Shown: one piece after another, positions 48,737 through 56,130 of the stretch | Layout: each line of letters starts with the position of its first letter | Numbering within the stretch: the first letter of the stretch is position 1 | Source: a virus | Virus record (IMG/VR): IMGVR_UViG_3300041956_000313 | Span: 28,727-92,726 of that record | Length of the DNA stretch: 64,000 bases | Strand: one strand, 5' to 3' | The notes under the pieces: model-generated | Databases searched by the model: none | Seen by the model: only the letters and a program-made list of their open reading frames with translations | What the model was told of the DNA's origin: nothing | Translations under genes and position numbers: made by a program

Positions 48737-49267
48737 ATGAGTCCGAAAGCATCGAAGATCAGAAACGAGCTGCTTACCACAGAATTAACACGTCAGGAAC
48801 TTGAGTCTCTGTTCGCAATCATTCAGCTCAAGTTAGGGAACTTGCGAGAACAGATAAAGGTGCAGGTAGAGACTGCAGACAGCGGCGATCACAGCCAGAG
48901 CATTCTTTACTCGTGTCTCGCAGAGCTTTGGCTTGCTCAAGTAGGTGAGAAGTCACCTACCTTGAATGAAGTCAGACATCGTAACCGTGCCTTGTTCGAT
49001 GAACTCAAAGAGTGTGCCTCTGTGCTCGAAGAGTTCACGAAGCAGAACATCGTGAAACCGTCGCGAATGCAGACAACTGCCTTGTTCAAACTCTTCCTGC
49101 GCCTTGCATACGACGAGTGTCGTGCAGTAGGTGGCATGATCACTCCGACCCGAGTAATTGCCTTGCGTGACCGGTGTGGCGCTCTGATCGATGACCAGTT
49201 TCCCGGCTACCTGAAAAGCAAGCTCTTGCGAGTCGTCTTGAACGGCGCTTCTTCTCGTCTCAGGTAG
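48737..49267 (+). CDS. Hypothetical protein
   Basis: GAGG SD, ATG 48737. Confidence 0.65.
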   Translation: MSPKASKIRNELLTTELTRQELESLFAIIQLKLGNLREQIKVQVETADSGDHSQSILYSCLAELWLAQVGEKSPTLNEVRHRNRALFDELKECASVLEEFTKQNIVKPSRMQTTALFKLFLRLAYDECRAVGGMITPTRVIALRDRCGALIDDQFPGYLKSKLLRVVLNGASSRLR

Positions 49268-49419
49268 CTTCTTTTGAGCGGCGATCGTGCAGCCGGCCCC
49301 TCTGCGGTAGCCGGCCGGCTGCGCACCGCTACAAACGCTCTATAGCCGTTTTATGAGGCGTGTGCGGCCGGACATCCGTCACAAAACCCTACAAATGTCG
49401 GTGTTTCCTGAAATCAAGG

Positions 49420-49494
49420 TGTAAAAATTACAACAAAATCAATTGGTTATTTCGTACAAAAGTAGTTGCATGAACAACGTGTACACATTACTAT
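49420..49494 (+). promoter_or_regulatory. Strong sigma70 promoter (early-type) with UP-like element
   Basis: TTGCAT (49466-71), 17 nt, TACTAT (49489-94); A/T-tract-rich sequence upstream. Confidence 0.8.
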
Positions 49495-49500
49495 TTGTGC

Positions 49501-49870
49501 CTGCAGAGACGAACTGCAAACCGGAACGAAATCCGGACCGGCCGAGACCGAAGCTGCAAGCTGAGGCAGAAGACGGCAACCGACAAAGTCCGCACTAATC
49601 TGCGGTTCGAGCGGTAAACGGTGAAGACGCCAACGGCCGGCGGCAGAAGTGCGAAGGGTCGAGGCGGTAGAACATCGTGACTAGCAAGTCAGCGCGTGTG
49701 CACTTCTCCGGACGTGCAATCGTCAAAGCAACTCGTCCCACACGCCCGCATCTGTCTTACTCACGAGCTCACGCAACGTAAACACTGATGACCCCGCGGT
49801 TATGAGACGCGCGACATCAGAACGCACGTTAAAGCGCATTCACACGAGTGCGCTTCAATGTGCGTTATCT
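49501..49870 (+). ncRNA. Long structured 5' leader
   Basis: No convincing ORF; hairpins TGCAG/CTGCA, CCGGA/TCCGG, CCGGCCG/CGGCCGG, AGAAGTGC/GCACTTCT and a ~21-bp stem at 49821-49866. Confidence 0.55.
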
Positions 49871-49887
49871 ACACAGAGGGCAAGGCA

Positions 49888-50079
49888 ATGAACGTCAAAC
49901 TCACGTCAAACGGCAAACCTGTAAGGTACGTCAAGAAGCAAGTCACAGAAGGGCCAAAGGCCGGCAAATGGGTCGTCGTCGATACCATGAAAGGCGATAG
50001 CGTTTGCACTAATCCAACAAAAGAATCTCAAGCTTCTGATACGGCGAATTACTGGAACAAGAGAGAGGCAGTAGGATAA
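49888..50079 (+). CDS. Hypothetical early protein
   Basis: GAGGG SD, ATG 49888. Confidence 0.6.
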   Translation: MNVKLTSNGKPVRYVKKQVTEGPKAGKWVVVDTMKGDSVCTNPTKESQASDTANYWNKREAVG

Positions 50080-50282
50080 TGAGCACGACATACGAAGTGA
50101 CGTACGGCGGCAAGACGTTCACGAAGACGGGACATAAAGTTGCCTACACCCATGCACTCGTCAGAGTCACTGACGGAGTTGCTTGGGTGACTAGCTGGCA
50201 CACGAGCAAGGGCGCAGCCGAGAAGCGTCTTGCAGGATGGAGTGATGCGACACTCGTCGAAGTTCGGAGGGCAAAGAAATGA
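50079..50282 (+). CDS. Hypothetical early protein
   Basis: TAATG coupling. Confidence 0.6.
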   Translation: MSTTYEVTYGGKTFTKTGHKVAYTHALVRVTDGVAWVTSWHTSKGAAEKRLAGWSDATLVEVRRAKK

Positions 50283-50563
50283 AAGATTCAACGTTCTGTG
50301 TTGCGTGTGGCGGTGTAGACGGCGACCACACAACGCGCTGTGACAGAGACACGGCGATTATCACGAGCACGCCGGAGCGAGTGGCCGCCGCACTCGTGAG
50401 TGCGTTCCGGCTCAACATCGGTGCCAACTTGCACGGACGTGACGGCAAGCGATGCACTGAGGCGATGATGACTGCCTTCGCTATAAGCGAAGCGAGCGCC
50501 GAAGAGTACTTGCTGCGATCGGCCGTGAGGATGCGTGGCGAACCCGCTGACGAGCCGGTGTAA
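50279..50563 (+). CDS. Hypothetical early protein (ends inside hammerhead 1)
   Basis: GGAGGG SD; C-terminal EPADEPV is encoded by ribozyme sequence. Confidence 0.6.
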   Translation: MKDSTFCVACGGVDGDHTTRCDRDTAIITSTPERVAAALVSAFRLNIGANLHGRDGKRCTEAMMTAFAISEASAEEYLLRSAVRMRGEPADEPV

Positions 50564-50597
50564 CTCCGGCGAAACACGGCGCAAGCCGTGTCCGGGT
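50542..50597 (+). ncRNA. Hammerhead ribozyme 1 (type I)
   Basis: ACCCG-CUGACGA-GCCGG(UGUAACU)CCGGC-GAAA-CACGGC(GCAA)GCCGUG-UC/CGGGU; predicted cut after 50592. Confidence 0.93.
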
Positions 50598-50619
50598 AAA
50601 ACAATCGGAGGGACTTGAA

Positions 50620-51090
50620 ATGGCTAAGGTAACAAAGGCACAGCTTCGGCATGTCGCGGATGGCGTGACTGACAAGCAGATGATTGAGATTCTCGCGCGC
50701 TTCTTCTGTCGCACCTCGGTGCTCGTGCTGAAGCGTGATGAGAAGTTTCCAAGTGCCGGCAACATCGCGAGCTACGCACATGATGTGCTCGCGGGCTCGA
50801 AGATTCTTTGGGACGTTGGTGAAGTGATCGACAACGTCTCGACGGATTACGAGAAGAAGCCACCGGCGCGCATCACCGGGCCGCTCAAGCGAGGACGTCT
50901 TGAGGGTCGCATGCGGTACTACCGCGAGGTCGCGCTCATGGAGCTGCGCGCCGGTGACGAAGTCGATCAGGGCGTAGTCGTTCGCGTCTCGAAGAAGAAC
51001 GAAGCACCGTCTGCTGCCACTCGCATCGTCTTTCTTGAGGAAGGGCAGTATGTCGAGTCTGTCGGTGCCAAAGTTCGAGTGTGGGAGTGA
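50620..51090 (+). CDS. Hypothetical early protein
   Basis: GGAGGG SD just downstream of ribozyme 1. Confidence 0.7.
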   Translation: MAKVTKAQLRHVADGVTDKQMIEILARFFCRTSVLVLKRDEKFPSAGNIASYAHDVLAGSKILWDVGEVIDNVSTDYEKKPPARITGPLKRGRLEGRMRYYREVALMELRAGDEVDQGVVVRVSKKNEAPSAATRIVFLEEGQYVESVGAKVRVWE

Positions 51091-51092
51091 GA

Positions 51093-51148
51093 GCCCGCTG
51101 ATGAGTCCGTGAGATTCGGACGAAACACTCCTCACGGAGTGTCCGGGT
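51093..51148 (+). ncRNA. Hammerhead ribozyme 2 (type I)
   Basis: GCCCG-CUGAUGA-GUCCG(UGAGAUU)CGGAC-GAAA-CACUCC(UCAC)GGAGUG-UC/CGGGU; cut after 51143. Confidence 0.93.
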
Positions 51149-51169
51149 AAACAATTAGTAGGAGGGCAT

Positions 51170-51403
51170 ATGAACAAAGAACGACGCAAGCGACTTGACG
51201 GCCTCGTCAGCCGTGTCGAGGAACTCAAAACGGAGTTTGAGTCAATCAAGGACGAAGAACAGGAAGCGTATGACAACCTGCCGCCCGGCATTCAAGAGGG
51301 TGACAGCGGCGAGAAGATGCAGACTGCTCTGAGCGCGCTCGAAGACATCGACACGTCTTTGCAGGAAGTTCTCGACAAGATCAAAGAGGCTAAGGAGGCG
51401 TGA
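51170..51403 (+). CDS. Small acidic helical phage protein
   Basis: MNKERRKRL...EEQEAYDNLP..IQ motif; GGAGGG SD. Confidence 0.75.
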   Translation: MNKERRKRLDGLVSRVEELKTEFESIKDEEQEAYDNLPPGIQEGDSGEKMQTALSALEDIDTSLQEVLDKIKEAKEA

Positions 51404-51404
51404 C

Positions 51405-51590
51405 ATGCATTACGAAATCAATGTCTCACTGAACGGCAAGCATTACTTCGGCACGCACGAGCGATCACTGTTGAGCGAGCAGGACACGCGCACGTTGCTG
51501 CGACAGTTTCGTGAGTCATTTCCGGAAGCGAGAGGCTTCAAAGTGGAAGCTGTGAAGGTTGAAAAAGTCACCACTTACTTGAAGTGGTAG
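51405..51590 (+). CDS. Hypothetical early protein
   Basis: AGGAGG SD; YEINVSLNGKHYF.T. Confidence 0.7.
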   Translation: MHYEINVSLNGKHYFGTHERSLLSEQDTRTLLRQFRESFPEARGFKVEAVKVEKVTTYLKW

Positions 51591-51645
51591 CCTGCTGATG
51601 AGTCCGTGAGATTCGGACGAAACGTCGCGCAAGCGACGTCCGGGT
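51590..51645 (+). ncRNA. Hammerhead ribozyme 3 (type I)
   Basis: GCCUG-CUGAUGA-GUCCG(UGAGAUU)CGGAC-GAAA-CGUCGC(GCAA)GCGACG-UC/CGGGU; cut after 51640. Confidence 0.93.
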
Positions 51646-51671
51646 AAAACACAAACGTAGAGGGTACGAAG

Positions 51672-52076
51672 ATGGAACGAGCAAAGATCGGTGACGACCT
51701 GTTCCGTGTCGTCTGTGTGACGTTCTTCTGTGATGCGTCAGGTGATCAGCAGATTGCGACGTCGCGAGGCGAGTGGACCGCTGCGCAAATCAAGTCCTCT
51801 GTCATCGAGGACTCGGAGAAGTACGGCAAGTGCGGTGACTACGGGCAGCGATACTTTCACAAGGATGGTAGCGCAGTTCTGGAAGTGATCTACTGTGGCA
51901 TGAGCACTCAGCCGTTGCGCGTGCACGTTCCGAGTGCGTATCGGCGGTCCGATGACGTCGGTTGTCCTACTGAGGACTCGGATGCTTGCCGCAAGCAGCT
52001 CGCGAAGCTGTTTGACGTGCGCTGTCCGAGCGTTCCGCAGGCAGAGTTCACTAGGAACCGGAAGCAAGCCCGCTGA
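51672..52076 (+). CDS. Hypothetical early protein
   Basis: GAGGG SD; stop codon is the UGA of the ribozyme 4 core. Confidence 0.65.
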   Translation: MERAKIGDDLFRVVCVTFFCDASGDQQIATSRGEWTAAQIKSSVIEDSEKYGKCGDYGQRYFHKDGSAVLEVIYCGMSTQPLRVHVPSAYRRSDDVGCPTEDSDACRKQLAKLFDVRCPSVPQAEFTRNRKQAR

Positions 52077-52123
52077 TGAGTCCGTGAGATTCGGACGAAA
52101 CGTCACGAGAGTGACGTCCGGGT
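52068..52123 (+). ncRNA. Hammerhead ribozyme 4 (type I)
   Basis: GCCCG-CUGAUGA-GUCCG(UGAGAUU)CGGAC-GAAA-CGUCAC(GAGA)GUGACG-UC/CGGGU; cut after 52118. Confidence 0.93.
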
Positions 52124-52157
52124 AATTTTCTACTCGAATCAACTAGAGGGCAGGACA

Positions 52158-53120
52158 ATGTCACATGGTGTAAAGCAGATGGCGTACGTGGGCGACACTC
52201 CGTGGCACGGGCACGGCGACGTCATGAAGCCTGGCATGTCGCGCGCAGATTGGGAGAAGGCTGCCGACATGAATTGGGAGGTGAAGCGTCAGACGATGTT
52301 TTACGAAGTCGGCGGGCGCAAGTACAAGGTGGGGATCCGCGATGTGCTCGTGCGCAGCGATGATCCGACGACAGTGCTTGGCGTCGTCGGCCAGGACTAC
52401 AAGCCGGTGCAGCCGAAGCAGGTCATGGACTTCTTCTTCGATGCCACGGACAAGACCGACTTCGAAATGGAGACGGCCGGCACGCTGCAAGAAGGGCGGC
52501 GCTTGTGGGGGCTCGCGCGGATGAAGGACGGGGACATCGTCATCGGCAAGAAAGATGTCATCAAGCCGTATTTATTACTTGCCAGCTCGACGGACGGGTA
52601 CAGCGCGACGTTCGCCGCGTTCACCACGGTGCGTGTCGTGTGCTGTAACACGCTCGAAGCCGCGCGCCGTGACATCGGTCAGGATCAGGTGCGCATCTCG
52701 CATTCGGTTGCGTTCGATCCGAAGGCGGTGCGGGCAATGCTCAGTGGCGCCGAGAAGACTTACGGTGAGTTCCGCAAGAACGTCACTGTGCTGTCAAAGC
52801 GGAAGGTGTCAAACGCTGAAGCGGTCGCTTACTTCGTTGACGTGCTCAACAAGAAGGACAGTGAGAAGCTCGACGTCAAGGACGCGTCGACGTTCGGCAA
52901 GAAGATGAACAAGATGCTGGAACTGTTCAAAAACGGGCCGGGTGCGAACCTCGACTCTGCGAACGGCACAGCGTGGGGTCTCGTCAACGCGGTTACGCGT
53001 TACGCAGACTTCGAGGCGAAGGCAGAGAACTCAAGCAACCGGCTGACGGCTGCGTGGTTCGGTGCCGGCGCGAAGCTGAAGGAACAGGCGATGCTGAAAG
53101 CAATGGCGATGGCAGCATGA
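52158..53120 (+). CDS. DUF932/DUF945 family protein
   Basis: MAYVGDTPWHG, AGTL..GR..W.LA, VRVVCCNTL, GTAWGLVNAVT.Y.D. Confidence 0.88.
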   Translation: MSHGVKQMAYVGDTPWHGHGDVMKPGMSRADWEKAADMNWEVKRQTMFYEVGGRKYKVGIRDVLVRSDDPTTVLGVVGQDYKPVQPKQVMDFFFDATDKTDFEMETAGTLQEGRRLWGLARMKDGDIVIGKKDVIKPYLLLASSTDGYSATFAAFTTVRVVCCNTLEAARRDIGQDQVRISHSVAFDPKAVRAMLSGAEKTYGEFRKNVTVLSKRKVSNAEAVAYFVDVLNKKDSEKLDVKDASTFGKKMNKMLELFKNGPGANLDSANGTAWGLVNAVTRYADFEAKAENSSNRLTAAWFGAGAKLKEQAMLKAMAMAA

Positions 53121-53290
53121 CAAAGCAAGAGATGATTGAGGAACTGGAGCGTATGCGCGGCGCCGAAATAGGATCGTCGCAGTTGCTGCGGACGTGCAGC
53201 GCTGTGTTCGTGGAAAAGATGTTTTTCGGCAGAATTCGGATAGTTCTTCGGGAGGAAGCGAGACATGAAGAAGATGAGCAACGAAGATGA
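53117..53290 (+). CDS. Hypothetical small protein
   Basis: ATGA overlap with the DUF932 gene stop. Confidence 0.5.
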   Translation: MTKQEMIEELERMRGAEIGSSQLLRTCSAVFVEKMFFGRIRIVLREEARHEEDEQRR

Positions 53291-53390
53291 GCAGCACAAC
53301 CGGTATATGGCCGGCCTGCTCTTTCTCGGAGGAATTGCGGTGATCGTTGTCATAGCAATCATCGCCGGAAGCCTGCTGATGAGTCCGTGA
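53265..53390 (+). CDS. 41-aa single-TM protein (not in ORF track)
   Basis: GGAGG SD; MKKMSNEDEQHNRYMAGLLFLGGIAVIVVIAIIAGSLLMSP; stop in loop II of ribozyme 5. Confidence 0.55.
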   Translation: MKKMSNEDEQHNRYMAGLLFLGGIAVIVVIAIIAGSLLMSP

Positions 53391-53426
53391 GATTCGGACG
53401 AAACGCGACTCAAGTCGCGTCCGGGT
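53371..53426 (+). ncRNA. Hammerhead ribozyme 5 (type I)
   Basis: GCCUG-CUGAUGA-GUCCG(UGAGAUU)CGGAC-GAAA-CGCGAC(UCAA)GUCGCG-UC/CGGGU; cut after 53421. Confidence 0.93.
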
Positions 53427-53449
53427 AAACAACACAGATGGAGTTACGT

Positions 53450-53680
53450 ATGAGGAACATTCCGAACGTTCCAGAGCCGCTCACCGTCGTCGCAGACCTT
53501 GCTAACTGCATCGTCGACTCGAACGGCAGGAGAGTGATTGAGTTTGCATCGTGGATGCCACTCAATTACGAGTTCATTCAAGCGACAATCGCGGGACTGC
53601 GGTCGCAAGGGTTTGAAGTGAAGATCGAGGGGCGGCTGGAGAGGAGGTTGATGAGCGAACCCGCTGACGAGCCGGTGTAA
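53450..53680 (+). CDS. Hypothetical early protein (ends inside hammerhead 6)
   Basis: GGAG SD before ATG 53450 (alternative start 53438); C-terminal EPADEPV. Confidence 0.6.
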   Translation: MRNIPNVPEPLTVVADLANCIVDSNGRRVIEFASWMPLNYEFIQATIAGLRSQGFEVKIEGRLERRLMSEPADEPV

Positions 53681-53714
53681 CTCCGGCGAAACACGACGCA
53701 AGTCGTGTCCGGGT
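53659..53714 (+). ncRNA. Hammerhead ribozyme 6 (type I)
   Basis: ACCCG-CUGACGA-GCCGG(UGUAACU)CCGGC-GAAA-CACGAC(GCAA)GUCGUG-UC/CGGGU; cut after 53709. Confidence 0.93.
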
Positions 53715-53734
53715 AAAACACAGTTGGAGGGCAT

Positions 53735-54235
53735 ATGAAGATTGTGAAAGTGGTCGGACTCGAAGTGACTACGGAGTCTGAGATAGTGCTGAAGTCGGCA
53801 CTGCTCATGTACGTGCTTCATTGTGAGGCAGAGATGAAGCGCGACACGTCAGCGTCAGGTGTCGCGAAGTCATCTAAGGCTCGGAGCATGGCAGTCGAGT
53901 TCTTGTCTCAGATTCAGAAGACGACGATAAAGGGCTACACGTTCGATGTGCAGAGCGCTGTGCGTGAATCGCTGCCTGACCTGTTCCGTTTCTGTCCGTG
54001 CGGACTTCCGTATCACGGTAACGGCTGCGCGAACGAGCCGGGCGCGCATCGCGTGCATTGCCTCGTGTTTGATGACGGTCGCAAAGTCGTACTCAACTCG
54101 CGGTGCGCGACTGAGAAAGATGCGCGCGAGTTACTGTCTGATCGGATCGCGAACAAGGAGGCGTTCAAGGATGAGCGTTACGAGTACGCACCTAAGGTGG
54201 TGTACGACCGTGCACACTTGGGAGTCGTGACATGA
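53735..54235 (+). CDS. Hypothetical early protein
   Basis: GGAGGGCATATG start context. Confidence 0.7.
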   Translation: MKIVKVVGLEVTTESEIVLKSALLMYVLHCEAEMKRDTSASGVAKSSKARSMAVEFLSQIQKTTIKGYTFDVQSAVRESLPDLFRFCPCGLPYHGNGCANEPGAHRVHCLVFDDGRKVVLNSRCATEKDARELLSDRIANKEAFKDERYEYAPKVVYDRAHLGVVT

Positions 54236-54687
54236 ACACTGGAATGTTTCTGACGGTCGGCTTCGCGCGCGCTCCGGAAGTCGTGATGATCAGCGAACAG
54301 GAACTCACGTTTCTCGACATGCGCATCAGACGTGAAGGGCACACGCGCAAGGCGTATGAACCGGTCTTCGGTGAGGGCGTTGATCACGTCTGGCCGTGCT
54401 GGTCGAAGGACCTCATGACAGACGTCGCGATGAACTACACAGGAAGCTTTGAAGTTCCTACGCGGTGGTTCGCGTCACGGATCGCGCTGGGCATGACGTA
54501 CTCGCGCGAGGAACTCGAAAAGGGCGGAGACGGTGACACGGCTAAGCCCGTGAAGCCGGTTCCGAGAAAGCCGCCTCCGGCACCGGCGCAAAAGCCGGAG
54601 ACGAAGACGGAAGAACGTGAAGCCGTGCTTGCAGGTGCGGTTGGTGATCAAGCTCCGCGGCTTCGACCGCGGCCGAGGAGAAAGTGA
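54232..54687 (+). CDS. Hypothetical early protein
   Basis: ATGA overlap; Pro-rich C-terminus. Confidence 0.65.
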   Translation: MNTGMFLTVGFARAPEVVMISEQELTFLDMRIRREGHTRKAYEPVFGEGVDHVWPCWSKDLMTDVAMNYTGSFEVPTRWFASRIALGMTYSREELEKGGDGDTAKPVKPVPRKPPPAPAQKPETKTEEREAVLAGAVGDQAPRLRPRPRRK

Positions 54688-55103
54688 TGGAAACGAAGTT
54701 GCTGAAGCCGTGGGCGATCGTGCAAGTTAACCGTGGCACGTACACACATGTCGGTGAGCTCGTCAGCTTCCCATGTCCTGGCGGCACGATCATGGTGCGG
54801 CAAGTGCCTGGACTTGCCGCCACTGCGATTGAGTTGCCACTGTCGGCGATTCTGCAGCCGGTCGAGATTCGGTGGCTGCACTACGCTGAAGTGTTCGGGA
54901 CGACGTCGTTCCCGGTCGATATGCTTCGGCGTGAGAACGCAGCACCGGCTGACTTCGATCCTGAGGAGACGGTGCTGAGTAATGACATGCGCCGTCATGT
55001 CATTGTGAAAGCATCGACGCGGCGTGTGCCACAGTGGAACGTCGATCGATGGAAGTCGTTCGGCTGGACTCTGAGTGAGCTGCGTACTGATCGGTGGGGG
55101 TGA
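54684..55103 (+). CDS. Hypothetical early protein
   Basis: GAGGAG SD; FPVDMLR...RWKSFGW motif. Confidence 0.65.
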   Translation: MMETKLLKPWAIVQVNRGTYTHVGELVSFPCPGGTIMVRQVPGLAATAIELPLSAILQPVEIRWLHYAEVFGTTSFPVDMLRRENAAPADFDPEETVLSNDMRRHVIVKASTRRVPQWNVDRWKSFGWTLSELRTDRWG

Positions 55104-55106
55104 AAC

Positions 55107-55352
55107 GTGGGTCTTCATGCAGTCGACAACTTGAGTCATCTCGCGCATCAGGAGAAGGAGCCGGAGGTTGAGGACCGGTATACGTACGACGAGTTTGTGA
55201 TCGTCGCCAAGAACGGTCCGGTCGGCACGCAGTTAACTGTGGAGACGTACTACGGTGACGTGACTGCGTGGGAGGTCGCACGAAAGCACTTTCTGCGCCT
55301 GTTCAACGAACAGAAGAAGCCGGTTGTTTTGCTGGGCAGAGTCTTTAACTAA
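55107..55352 (+). CDS. Hypothetical early protein
   Basis: Fills the gap; stop abuts ribozyme 7. Confidence 0.55.
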   Translation: MGLHAVDNLSHLAHQEKEPEVEDRYTYDEFVIVAKNGPVGTQLTVETYYGDVTAWEVARKHFLRLFNEQKKPVVLLGRVFN

Positions 55353-55407
55353 CCCGCTGATGAGTCCGTGAGATTCGGACGAAACGTCGCGCAAGCGACG
55401 TCCGGGT
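55352..55407 (+). ncRNA. Hammerhead ribozyme 7 (type I)
   Basis: ACCCG-CUGAUGA-GUCCG(UGAGAUU)CGGAC-GAAA-CGUCGC(GCAA)GCGACG-UC/CGGGU; cut after 55402. Confidence 0.93.
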
Positions 55408-55423
55408 AAACACTGGAGGGCAT

Positions 55424-55768
55424 ATGAACGCCAAAATTGGAGCGAAAAAAGTCATCGTCGACGATTTGAGGGTGACCGTTGTGACGGACACGTTCTGCGA
55501 TCGTCCGCGATTGACCGTTGACAAGCACGAGCATGTCCCGAGTTGGATGCGTCCGGGCACTGCTGTGAACGGTTACGCGCATGTTGATGTGACTCTGGAG
55601 AGCACGGGCAGCGCAGTGTTCGCAGTCGTCGAAGGGCACAAGACTGGAAACAAGTCCGTTCTTGTCACGATTCCGGAGCAAGCGACACGCGAACTCTATC
55701 GCATGCTGAAGAAGCATTATGACGAGAAGGCGGCTGCGATGAAGGAGAAGTCTCATGGCACGGATTGA
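55424..55768 (+). CDS. Hypothetical early protein
   Basis: GGAGGGCATATG start context. Confidence 0.7.
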   Translation: MNAKIGAKKVIVDDLRVTVVTDTFCDRPRLTVDKHEHVPSWMRPGTAVNGYAHVDVTLESTGSAVFAVVEGHKTGNKSVLVTIPEQATRELYRMLKKHYDEKAAAMKEKSHGTD

Positions 55769-56054
55769 CCTGGAGACCGGCCCTGAAGGGCCGAAGCACG
55801 ACCCATATCACTATGATGAGTGGACTGTCACTCTCACGTCGGGCAGCATAGTCCGTATTCATGACGGCGGATGGGTTGAGTGGGTCGAGACGGAGCGGCC
55901 GGTTGTGCGTGAAGTCAGCATCGGCGGCAGCAACACCCGCATGGCGGCGCGCAGTGGCAAGCGGGGTACCCCGGAGAGTCGCTACTTTTCTGCAAGTGTG
56001 GGGAGTTGCTCGATTACTCGTTCAATAGGTCAGCAATCGAGTAGAGCCCGCTGA
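55755..56054 (+). CDS. Hypothetical early protein
   Basis: AGGAG SD; stop is the UGA of the ribozyme 8 core. Confidence 0.55.
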   Translation: MARIDLETGPEGPKHDPYHYDEWTVTLTSGSIVRIHDGGWVEWVETERPVVREVSIGGSNTRMAARSGKRGTPESRYFSASVGSCSITRSIGQQSSRAR

Positions 56055-56101
56055 TGAGCCGGTGTGATTCCGGCGAAACGCGACCTCGGTCGCGTACGGG
56101 T
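56046..56101 (+). ncRNA. Hammerhead ribozyme 8 (type I, GUA triplet)
   Basis: GCCCG-CUGAUGA-GCCGG(UGUGAUU)CCGGC-GAAA-CGCGAC(CUCG)GUCGCG-UA/CGGGU; cut after 56096. Confidence 0.9.
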
Positions 56102-56130
56102 TGATACAACACTAATTGGAGGGCATAGAC

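Noticed and set aside
49785-49820. CTGATGA in the early leader as a ninth hammerhead
   Set aside because: It is followed by GACA rather than GAAA, has no stem III or NUH site, and CTGATG pairs with CATCAG as a simple hairpin; at most a relic.
50542-56101. Dispersed repeats read as a CRISPR array, terminators or integron attC sites
   Set aside because: The intervals are about 230-1640 nt and contain whole genes; there are no cas or integrase genes and no U-tails; the conserved positions are exactly the hammerhead core.
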